DNA of 64,000 bases. It comes from Lama guanicoe. Its lineage: Eukaryota. The stretch lies in NCBI GenBank assembly GCA_013239625.1, contig MU054413.1:10339109-10403108 (forward strand). Direction: 5' to 3'. Below are positions 12,301 to 24,419 of this stretch, piece by piece; the stretch's first letter is position 1; the number at the start of each line of letters is the position of its first letter. The notes under the pieces were generated by a model. That model worked only from the letters and a program-made list of their open reading frames with translations. It made no database searches and had not been told where the DNA came from. The position numbers were made by a program, and so were the translations under genes.

Positions 12301-15300
12301 AAGCCTGCTCTAACTCAGCTAGCTCTTTACAAAAGTCAGATTTCATTCATCCATTCATTCATCCATCCATCCATCTGTTTATCCATCCATCCATTCATTC
12401 CTCTACTGGGTGGGAGAATGCTGGGTACAAGCCCCTGCTGGTGGGTGAGGGCTGATAGAATCTATGATGACTTTTTATCATGTTAAATTAGACACAGATA
12501 TACTTCTCAGGCTTTGCAACAATATGACTCCTCTGCAAACAGGAATGGAAGAGAATAGAAAAGGCTTTAAACTGGCAATAAAGTGGCGTTGACTCTCTGG
12601 GACACTGCCTGGCTCCCCGATCTACAGGGCCAGCCCAGTGTGAGTCAGCAGGAAGCCCCTCCCACGGGGCCCTTGGGGAGCCAGTGCCCTCCATGGCCGC
12701 TCGGGGGCGCTGTGGGAACCCCGGAGCGGGCCGCTCTCGGGCCGCCCGCTGCGCTCACTCGCTCGACACTCACTTGTTTGGAGGTTTCCCCGCCAGCCGC
12801 GTCCCGTCCTCTCCCTGCGAACCAGGAGTGCCTCCTGCGCACCCCGGGGCCCCCGCTCAGGCCCGGCTGTCCTAGACGACCCTCTGCCCGACGGCGACAT
12901 GGGCGTCCCCCAAGTCCCGGAGGCTGGCAGCCGGCACTGGGGGCCTGTGCTCCTTGCCTTCTTCCTGGCTGCCTCCCGAGGTAAGGTTGGTGGGAGCCTG
13001 GGTGCTGGGGAGAAGTACCGGGAACACCGCGGGCAGGGTGGGGTCACAGGTCGGATGGGGGCGCCCTGGGAGTCCCCTTCAGCATGCCGTGACTCCCATC
13101 CCGCGGCAGGGAGGCTGCTGGGACTGCTAGGCAGGGGGCAGCCGTTCTCTGCCAAGTGCCCTGGCTAGGCAGTCGGCATATCTGTATGCTCGGACAGCTG
13201 CCAAGCAGCTGCCTTTCCAACCCTTCCCTGCTCAGAGAGCCCGGGCATGAGCACCTTCTGTAAAATAGGAGATAAACACAGTGGAGACAGACCACTGTGT
13301 TCTAGTGGGTGTCACTAACTTTTGACACCTGTGGCATCTCCCTGCCCCGCCTCAGGGCTCCAGGATCTCACATGGTGCAGGAGTTGTGTACTTTTTAGCC
13401 AGTGCCAAGTACCCTGGTGACACTCCTGGTTGAGCTTTGGAGGGCACTGGTCTGCTTCTGCACATGGGCGCCCATCTGGTCCTTAACCTGAGGGTCTGAT
13501 GGCTGAGAGTTGTGGTCATCTGGTTCCTGGCATCCTAGCAAAGCTGTAGCTCAGGGACCAGTGTGGGGCACTGGGGAGAATGTGGGATACTTCCCAGCTT
13601 GGCTCTGAGCCCCTTCTAGGTCCTTGGATAACATATAGCATCTTTCTGGCCTCAGTTTCCTGAGCTCAGACACAGAAGCCATATACATGGAAATGCCAGT
13701 TTCCTTCTCTAAAGTCTAGACTGTCATAATACCAGGTAGTCTCCTTGTCAGAACACAGGGGGTCCTTGGTGGGGGTGGGAGGGGCAAAGGTCCTTGTACT
13801 CACAGCCTGGCCCCTAGTTCTTGCCTGCCCAGAACTGAAGAAGCTGGATCTCATGGGAAGAAGGGGCCAGCAGGCAGCCTATGGAACTAAACGTCAAACT
13901 TTTTCCCTGGGAAGGCTCAGGGAAAGTGTGAGTCATGCAGGGAGTCTGAGGAAGGCAGGAGGGAGGTGGGGAGCTTGGCAAGGGACCCAATGGGTGAGCC
14001 AGAAGAATAGGAGGATGGGCAGGACAGGGTGAGAGCAAGAGGAGGAGTCTGAGAGAATCTGGAAAACACCTGAGAAACAAACTGGGGAGCCTGCAGGCAG
14101 CAGGTTGTCTCTGCACTTGGAAGCTGGCCTGGGTCTGCTCTAAGGAGGAGGGAGCCCACAATCCCCGGCAGAGCTGCCTAAGCCCTGAACTGGATGCTCC
14201 CCAGGAAGAGCCATAGGGGGTGAGGGAGCAATGTCTGCACCAAAGCCATGGCTCATGGTGGACACTGCTTCCCAAAGGAGCAGGGCATGGTGGCAGGCAG
14301 GAAGGCCAGCGTCCCGCCCACCACAGACCACCTGCCCTGCCCCATACTCTCCAAGTGACCCCCCCAAGAGGCCCTTCAGTTTTCTTACCCTAACCTGTCC
14401 TCCTCTGGCTGGGCTGTTCTCTGTTCAGCAGCCCCAGTTTGAGAAACTGAGTCCTAGAGAACTAGGGCTAGGGAGCCAGCCTGCAGAGCACCCGGTAGCA
14501 GAGAGGCTCAGAGCCCCTCACTGCATATCATCTACACAGCCAGGAGACTTCGCCCCTAGAGGTCCGGGCTACTTAATCAGCTTGGGACTCCATCTCTTCC
14601 TGGGCCCAGCTCAGGGACATAATTAGGGTTTGAAGCAGCTTTCCACTGAAAGGAGTCAGGAGAATTCTCTTAGTTTTGAACTACCCTGGACTCAGTATTC
14701 TTAACTGTAATATGGGTATACTAATCAATGTACATCCTATTCTCCAGTACAGTGTGCAGCAAGGGGGACAAAAGATGAGGAGGCCTGGTTGCAGGTATGG
14801 CCAAGAGGGTCCGTGAATAGGAAAGACCCGCTCACCAGTGTGCTGAGGTGCCCGGCTGCCCTGGGCAGGATTGCTCAAGGTTAAACAAAGCCTTTACGCT
14901 TTTGGAAGGTGAGATGGAAGTGGCTGGTGCAGACCTGTTCTCTAGCTCTTGGGGCTGGGCCCACACCATGGAGAATGGTGGTGGTGAGCATGGCGCTCAG
15001 GAGCCCAGGAAAAGTTGCAGGTGGCCCTTTCCTGGGCCTGACTCAGGATGAGATGGGTTGAGGAGGCACATAGGGAGCCAGGACCCAGCAGACCCCAAGG
15101 GTGGGAGAGCCTCTCCTTTTCCTTTTGGCATCCCTAGGACCTGTGGAAGTTACTGACTTTGCCACGTCCTCACAGGCTGACCCAGGAGTCCCAGACTCTG
15201 GTGCTAGCCCACTGAGGCACACTGGGGCCAGGGAGGGGAGAGTCCATCTTCCCCTCCTAGTAAACAGGGTTGCAGGACCTTGTTGAGTAACCCAGTGGTG

Positions 15301-18300
15301 CAAGCTTCTGATACATCAATGATCAGCTCTTAGGAAATCCACAATCCTCTGCCCAGAGGCCTTGGGATGGAGAGAAGCAGGCTTGAGGCCAGCCCACGGG
15401 CCTAAGGAGGCATCTACTCAATGCCGGGGCACCCAGCAATACTGGGGAGCCCCTTGCTGAGCAGGGCTGGTTGCTCCTGCTTTCCCCCAAGCAGGGCAAA
15501 TGTTCCTTGCTGGGGTCTAATCTCCCCAGGAGAGGGTGGCCCAGGTGGGAGGTACGTGGCTGGGAGGCTGAAAGAGGCTATCTTCCTACACGCACACACA
15601 CATGGGATCTTAGTCCAAGCAGACAGAGGGGAAGAAGAGAGGAAGGAAACGGTCCTCGGTGCCCATCGGGTCTACCGGCTGTGCCCCTCTCAACCAGCAT
15701 TGACCAAGCCCACAGACTGAGTTTGAGGCCCCAGGTTTTAAGCCAACTGTTCATCCAGGAGCAGTCTGGCCTTACCAGGGGAGGATTAACTAGACATCCA
15801 CGGTACAGCTTCTGATGGACCCTCAGATCCCCTTAGCAGCAGCACTGGCACGCCCAAGGCCTTCCTGAGGCCAGCCTGTGTGGGAACGGTGAAGTGAGAG
15901 ACCTGGAGTTGTGCGCCCTGCATGCCTGCATTCCCGTACAGTCTGGCCTGGGGGGTCAGTCAAGACCTACGCTCAAATCCCAAGATGGCCTTAGGCTGTC
16001 TGTGGCTTTGGGCAGGTTATTCAGCATCCCTGAGCAAGTTCTCTCATTTCTCCAATAGGGGTGATGATAGCACCTCCCTCAGAGGGCTGCTGTGAAGTCA
16101 GTGCACACTTAACCCGGTGCCTGGCACCTGGTGAACGCTGTGTAGTATGATCCTGCCTCTTGGCTTTTGGAGACCGCATGCCATCGGCTCACCATCTGAG
16201 CTCCTTGCTGTCTGTAGGGTCTGGCGGAGTGCCCTGAGCATGGGAAGGCATTGACTGGTTTCCCTGGGATAGGACTCTCTGGAACCCTGGAAGTCTGAAG
16301 GTTTGCATGCTGGGCCCAGTCCCCTCTAGGCACTTAGTGTGAAATATCCATGGAAGGGCCTGTAGATTCTCCTCCTAAAGTCCCCAGAGATGGGGACTTT
16401 GCAGCTTCGAGGCAAGCTGGGCCCAGAGTTTGCTGGACTCATTGGGGTCCTTCTTGCAACTGATCTTAACATTCAGCATATTTTCTTTGGCTGACCATCC
16501 CCAGAAAGACATGGGCCACCATTGTGCCCATCAGGAATTCAGTACTGAAGTTGCTCTGCTCTGACCAAGCCAGCCTAGTCCCCTAACCTTTCTACATAGG
16601 ATCTTATTTCCCATGCAGACCGAAGGTCAAGTCCTGCCTCTGCTGTTCACTTACTGTGGGACCACAAACCCACACACCCCCTCTATCTGAGCCCTGGGCA
16701 GGCTGGGTGCCATGGTCTCAGCAAGGCTGACCACTCGCATCTGAAGGGTAATTCTATGATGATGTTTCCTGACCTTCAGTCATTTGTTCATCACTCTGGG
16801 GATTTCTACAGTGTCTGCCTATTACCATATGTACTTTCTTGAAATCTATTCATTTACTTGAGTAAATAGATTTTTGAAGGAAACTTTATATCACTGCCAT
16901 AAATGGAAAGCCAGTATCACTTGCCATAAATAGAACAAAACCATAAAAGTACATAATAGGAAAACCAAATAAGGTAAATTTTAGTTGGAAACTATAGCCT
17001 GGGGAAGGCTCTAAGCCGGCTGTACCTTGCAAGAAAGGAAAAAAAAAGAGCTTAGCAAGTAACAGATGCTTTGAAGACATATTGGCATCAAACTGGGACT
17101 TTCTCTTTGATGTAATCAGGACTGAAAGAGAATCGAAAAGGGAATAACCTTCTCTCTATGTGATTCAGTATTATTTAATGCCATAAAACTGAAAGTAAAA
17201 CTACCTACCCTACAGACGCCGTCAGCTCCCCTCCCTCACTGCAGAAGCAGACGCGCACCATCATGAGGAGTGGCAGCTGGTGGCAGGGGGACAGTTCTGC
17301 TCTCCTGAGAGAAGGGAGCAGTGCTCATGATCCTAAGAAGTCAGGACAGAGTCGGCAGGCCTTTCTGGGCTTCTTCCTGTCCCTAGTTCTCCTAGCCTCT
17401 GTCGCCTCCCCCAGATAAATATAGTGGCTCGAGCTGGGTCGTCTCCCGACACTGGGGCCAAGTTGTTGTTCCAACAGTCACAGGGAGAGCGGGAGAGGGA
17501 GTTGCAGCCTCGCTGGCCAGGTCATCCTGTCCATCTGCAGGAAGTAGGTGGAGCATCCAGCAATCCCTGGCTACTTCTACACTCCAGACTTCTGGAGCCA
17601 GATGGCCTGGGTACCACCACTTACTATTCGTGAGACTCTGTACAAGTTACTTAACCTGTTTGTGCTTCAGTTTCCGCATCTGTAAAATGGAGATGATAAT
17701 AGTACCTACCTCTTAGGAAGGGAGGATTAAATAAGCAAATACATGTGAAAGTGATTAGAATGATGCTGGCACAGAGTAAGTGCCAGCTACTACCACTACC
17801 CCTGAGACTCCTCAACTGAGGTTAGAGCACAGAAAGATGTGAATCTGAACCTTAGGAAGTCTTTACAGCACAGGATCTTGAGGGTAGCTGGCTGGGGCTG
17901 GTAGTCTGGGCTACATACAGTCGTCCTTAGGGAGGGCATGGGATAGTTGGGGAAAGAGTCGTCCAGAGAAGCATCCACTGGTGTGGTTCTGGCCAGCCGC
18001 CCAGGCCCTCCCCGAGGAGGTGTGCTGACCAACAGCCTCCAGCCCCGGATGCATCGATGCTTTCCCAAGGTGCTGGAAGTGCCGCTTCCTCCCATAGAGC
18101 CTGGCTTCCCCTTCCCGGTCTCCTTGGTCTGATGTGAATGGCCACTTCCTGCCGGGGCAGGTATCAATAAACACATCTGAGATACCCTTTGTCCTCACTA
18201 GCCACGGAGCCCTAGGGGTGGACCTGCCAGCTTTGGGCCCTCAGCCCCTCACCCCGGGGTTACTTCCTGGAGCCTAGCACTGGAATCAGGACCAGTCCTG

Positions 18301-21300
18301 ATTGGTCCTTGCCTCTGTTTCCCGCTGCAATCTGCATTGTGATAAAGACAAAGCCTAGCCTTTCCTTATACCCTCCATGGACTGTCCTGGAGGACAGGAC
18401 CTGGCAGAGAGCTGGAGACCAGGTCCATGTCTTTTTGGGGCCCCCTCGGAGGGTGAGGGTATCTCTGAGGGCCTTTTGTACCTAGCCCAGGGCCAGCAAC
18501 AGCAGGCCATCAGTGACTGTTTACTTACAACCCCTAACAGCTGGACAGAGTTCAGCTGTTTGGGTGGGGCCTCAACTGATTACTCAGGCCTGGGACCCAC
18601 CTCCAAAGGCTGGGGTGTTTCCCTGGCAACTGCAGGCCAAGCTCACGCCCCATTAGGGAAAATATACAGGCCTGTCCACACCCACACACACCCATCCCGT
18701 GCACACCCACAGGGTTTCACAAGGTGCCTGCTAGAGGGAAAGAGATCACAAAAACTTGCATCCTGAGATGTAGCCAAACAAGAGCTCCTTTCCTCTGCCC
18801 TGGAACAGAAACTATTACAAGAGGCTTAGCCCATCTGTGGCTGAGGATCCCACTGCTAGAAAGCGGCAGAAGCAGGACTAAATTCTGAGCAGAAGTTCCT
18901 TAAGGAACTCTGCACCCCCATGGCCTCTCTGCCTTGGGCCTGGCTCACGTTGGGACCTTGGTAAATATTTATGGAATGAAAGATGTTTTCAGTTTGGGTC
19001 TGAGGCAGAGTAAGGATGGCTGTGTGGAGAGTGCAGAAGTCAACTGGAGGTCAGTTCACTCTCTAAGTAGCTGGAGGATGAGGCGTCAGCCCCACCTGCT
19101 TGGGGGCGGGGGGCTCTTCCTGTCTGCAGTGCTGGCATGTCCAGGGTGTGGGCCTCAGTTCAGCCGCATGGGGCCTTATGGCCTTGGGCAAACCGCTTAA
19201 CTTCTCTTGAGTCTATTTCTTTAAAATAATCTTTAAAATATGGGGATGATAATACCTACATCAGGGGTGTTATAAGGATTAAATGAAGTGAGTATAAAGT
19301 GCTCAGCATGTCCGAACCGTAAGAAGCGCTCACAAATGCCCATGATCACCTTTGTGGCTCATTTCTGCCTCCTTCCTCTGCTCTGAGGAAAGACAATCCT
19401 TCTCACCTGCCACAGAGTTTCAGAGCTGGAGGGGGCCTAGGAATGTGGGGAGTCTCTCAAGATAGGATGAAGAAAGGGAGGATCAGAGAAGGATGGGACT
19501 TGCCCAGAGGTGCACAGCAAGGGCATGGCTAAGTGAGGACTAGGGCCTGGGGATCTGCCTCCTCAGGCCAAAGTAGTAATCCTGAGACCCAGAATTTCCC
19601 AGGTTCACAGCATTCTCCCTCCAGCTGCTTCTGCCACCTTACCCAGCAGCTGGTAGGAGCTGGGGTTGGGTGCTGGGCCCCAAGTACAGCACAATGATGC
19701 ATGGCTCCCATACGGACACAGGCTCAGACCGAGGGCGGGGGGCATTTTCCTGTCCCACATGCCCTTGGCCACCCTGGAGCCAGGGGCCTTCCTCCCCACC
19801 CACTCCCCCTACTCTCTGACAATGCCCCAGGTGTCCAAAAGGATCTGCTCCTGACAATAAGCAACATCCTCCTGTCGAAGAATTGTAATTCCAGATGGGC
19901 TATTTATAGGCCCTGATAACACACGTGCGCATGTGCAGTTGTGGATGGTGTGGGGCATGTGTGCTGTTTTCTCTAAGGCCGTGCCCTTGAGAGTCCCCCT
20001 AAGGACAGGCTGCCTCCACGCCTTGTCCTGGCTGGAGTCTCAGACACAACAAACAAGATGTTTTCTCTCCTCCAGGACAAACCCTGTGGATGCCTGGCCC
20101 GCTCTTGTCTGGCCTTTTTGCTGAAATTGAACTCCCTCTCGTCCACACCCAAACCTAAAGTCCAATGAAGCTTCTCCTTTTTCTAAAAGGGGAAGAGATC
20201 CTTCTGGGGCATATGGGGTGCTAGGGATTGAGCAATGCTTCTCCCCACCTCTAACTCTTAACTCTCTGTGAGTCCTCAAGTAAATTGCCTCTCGGGCTTA
20301 AAATCGCCTCATTCTGTGGTTGTTAACACCATTGCTTGGACCCAGAGGGTTCCGGGCCTGCCGCCTTGCTGGAGGCCCTGCTGCTTGCTCCTACCCTGCC
20401 CCACCTCCCTGTTCTCATGACACCTACCCCACCCACAAGCTAGCTTCATCTTGCCAGCATCTTGGCCCCACCCCAACCACACCTCTGTCCACTTAGCATC
20501 CCCACCCCACTCAGCTCTGTGCTCCACTTCTTCCTTCTGTCTCCATCTCTAACTCTGCCTGTCCTCCTCCACACACCCCAGACTTACGGCCCTAGCTTTT
20601 ACTGAGCCAGCCTCCCCATAGCCCCCAAGGTGTGTGTGCATGAGCAAATGCTACTGAATCTGGATTCAGCCCCCACCCCTGGGGGCAGCTCTGGGACTGA
20701 AGATTTTGGGAAAAGGGAAAACCAGCTGGGAAAGATGCTGGTGGGAGCTGCCACATGGCCTGCTAAGGAAAGGGGGTGTGCAGGGCAGAGATAATCCAGG
20801 GTCTACTCTTTGGGTAGGTTTTTGCTCTTCCTCAGAAGAGCCTTTCTGTAGCTACTCCCCACCTCCATTTACTGGCACAGCCATAATTCTACAGCTACGC
20901 TTCCACTGGGGACCTTGGGTAGGTCAGCTCCTCTCTGAGTCTGAGGGTCACATTTGTAGGACAATTGGCTTGGGCAGTAGAATTCCTCCCTGGTTAGCCC
21001 AAGGAGCCACAGTCATGGATCAGAAACTCAAATGTCCACGGGGCATTTATGGTGAGGGTGTGAAGCAGGCCAGGTGGAGACACTAGGGAGTAGTGGGGAC
21101 TGTGGCAAGCTGGAATGGCAGTTCCCCATCTAAAGGGGAGGCTGCTACTCAGCTTAAGCTGATGACTGCCTTGTAGGAAAATTGGTTTAATGTTAATCTT
21201 TTGATTTTCAAAGAGAACCTAGAGGTCAGAGTTTTCATATCAAGTTCCTGGTTTCTAAATGTTGGTGATCTACAAAAAAAATGTAAAATACTTTCAGAGT

Positions 21301-24300
21301 CAAATAAAATATGTTTGAAGGCTGGGTATGGCCTGTATGCTGCCAGTTTCTGAAATTTTTTCTTTCAGTCAGTGTCTAAGTGCCTCAGTTTAATTCTGAC
21401 TCTCATACTTATTTGCTATGTGATTTTCTGTAAGTTTCTTAACATCTCTGTGCCTCAGTTTCCTCATTGGTGAAACAGGAATAAAGATAACACCAACTCT
21501 ACAGGGCCGTTAGACATGCCCATAAAGCACTTAGCATAGCACAATACATGCTATTTCTTCTTCTTCTAGTTCTAGCTAGATCCTGCTTTACCTGAAGCCC
21601 CTATACCCCAGGTTCTGAGTTCACACCCTCTGGAACTTCAGCAAACCACTTTCCCGTTCTGGGCTTCTACATTTTTGCCTGAAAAGGAGATCAGCATCTT
21701 GCTAAAGCAGTTCTGAAATCTCTGCTCACCTTAGCAATGACTTTCCAAAAATCTGGGGCTCCAAAACATGGCTCCCTCTCGCATGTGGGTAGAGTGAATG
21801 GGAGGCTCTGGTGTGTATCTGCTGTCCTTGCCTTCTGGGACTTAAAACTCCACCTTTGCAGAACTATCCTTTCAGGCCATGACTTTGCTGCCTCCTTGCA
21901 CTCTGCTTTCAATATGCCAAGATTGGGTTACAGCTGTTGTCAGTCATTCACACCTTAGTAGGAAAGAATCTGAAGCTGGCTTCTCCATTCTATTGTGTAG
22001 AAGGAATTATCTCTTGAATTGCAGAAATGAGTTAGCTCCCAGGTATCAAGGACCAACTTTCAGAGCATTCCACGTAAATTATCTGTAATTCTGTCTCAGC
22101 TCTGACAGGACATGTTTCCCCTTCTGTGCTTTACAGTGAGGAGTCTAAGGCTCATAGTCTAAGTAATGCACAGCTGTCGGGCTCCAGTGCAGGTTGGGTC
22201 AATGCCAAAGCTACACCAGGCTGCCTCTCTCCTGACTGAACCAGGATTTCAGCTCTGCAGGGGAACTGGGGTGGGGGGTGGGTACTAAAGGCAGTGAGGC
22301 GGCATTTGGAGAAGGAAGTGACCTTGTTATTTTGGGTTCAGGCAATGGCAATGGAAAGGACACACCTATTTGGGTCCTGTACCTATTTCCAAATTCTTCC
22401 CTGTCTGCCCACAACAGCCCCTAAGATGCCAATCAAAATTAAAGTACCACTAATATCTAATCATCACAGCTATCCCTCCTATGTCTGCAGAGGGCATGAG
22501 AGCTCACATCTCGTGTCCTCCTCTTTCCCTCCTCCATCCTCTCTCAACCCTGTGTTGTAGCTAATATTTCCTGCATTGCACACAAGAGGAAGCTGAGGCT
22601 CACAGCTAGATAGAGTTTTCTGTTAAGGGCTAGTGCTTTTGGGGGTCAACATGGTTAAAAGCTGGGAGATTGGGGTAGGGTAAAGAGAACGAGGGGATTG
22701 CTTCACTTGCTTATTGAAAACAATGAAAAAGAAAATATTTCTGAGATTGGGTGGCAGGCAGGAGCCTGGATGAGATGACCTTTCTGCATTCCCCAACCCT
22801 GCCCTTGAGACACCTTGGTTTTCCTGCTTCCCCATTACCTTACTCAGGGCACCCTCTCTACTTGCTGGAATCCTGTCCATCCATCAACCTCAAAGACCCT
22901 CCCTCCTTCAAGAGTCCCTTGACCATCCCCAGGAAGGCCATGTCCTCTCTAATCCAAGTGCCCTGAAGGCTGGCACCAGTTTACCCTTTAGCCTCTGGGG
23001 TTACTTTGTCAAGACGCAGGACTTGTCTGCCCAGCTAGGTCATAAGCTCCCAGGGGAGGCCACATCTTCAGCATCCAAGTGAGATGTAGCACCTGGCATA
23101 GGCTTCACACAGGGAGATGCTCCATTAGTACTCACTGATGAGGAGGTGGGGAGGCACGGCCAGCCCCAGGAATGGGAAGGCCCAGAGGTGCTGATGGCCC
23201 CTAGACGGGTGGTCAAGAGCAAAGGACCACTGTTCCCAAACAGCCTTCTACTCCCCAACCTGCCTCCCACCTGACGGTGCCAGGCATGGAGGCTGGAAGT
23301 GCCAGGGGCCAGGCCAGGGCAGAGCCACAGTGCCTGTAGCAGAGGGGTGGGAGCTGGGTCCAGGGCACATGAGCCACCGGGCAGAGGGACGCATACTGGC
23401 TGGGCCCAGTCCACTGCCTGCCTGGGGTCTCTCTACCTTGTCCAGCTTCACCTGGGGAAGTTCCTGTGGTTCCTCCCACACAGCCTGGGACGGAGTCGGG
23501 TTTGTGAGCTAGTGAAGAAGCTGAGGCTTGCGGATGTCAGCTGACTTGCCTGGAGCTTGTGGCTGGTGAACTTGCATCTTTGAAACCCTAGGCCAGTGTT
23601 CTTCCCTACTCAGAGGGCACTGGGAGTGGCGCTGTCTCAAGCAGGTGACATGTTCTCATCTCTCTGAGCAGGTCTGGTGACAGCATTCAAGGTCGCCACG
23701 CCATATTCCCTGTACGTGTGTCCCGAGGGGCAGAATGTCACTCTCACCTGCAGACTCTTGGGCCCCATGGCCAAAGGGCACGAAGTGACCTTCTACAAGA
23801 CCTGGTACCGCAGCTCGCGGGGCGAGGTGCAGGTCTGCTCGGAGCGCCGCCCTATCCGTAACCTCACATTCCAGGACCTTCACCTGCACCACAGTGGCCA
23901 CCAGGCCAACTCCAGTCAAGATCTGGCACAGAGCCACGGGCTGGAGTCAGCCTCGGACCATCACGGCAACTTCACCATTACCATGCGCAACCTGACCTTG
24001 CTGGACGGTGGCCTCTACTGCTGCCTGGTGGTGGAGATCAGGCACCACCACTCAGAGCAGCGGGTCTATGGAGCCATGGAGCTGCAGGTGCAGAGAGGTG
24101 AGGGCTTCCTCTGCAGGACAGCTGGGAGGTGTTGTTCCTGTGGGTGTGGTTCTGTGCTGGACTGGAAGGGTGAGCAGAGAGAAGGACAGTGTGACTGTTG
24201 GGGGTGGCGCTGCTACTACAGGGTGAGTGAATGAGATGGGGTGGGATGCTGTCTCAGTCTCTCTGGTTAGCTCGTTGTGATGGAGAGGAAGGGTGTAGGT

Positions 24301-24387
24301 GGCTCTATTTATGATGGTGGGACTTTTAAATGGGAGAGGGTATATGATCCTGGGCTGGGAGTGTGACTGCTCATGACAGTTCCACAG

Positions 24388-24419
<32 letters not shown>

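Noticed and set aside
16845-17190. AT-rich block with a short tandem repeat (TATCACTGCCATAAAT twice)
   Set aside because: Looks like an old DNA-transposon relic, but I cannot assign a family or borders reliably
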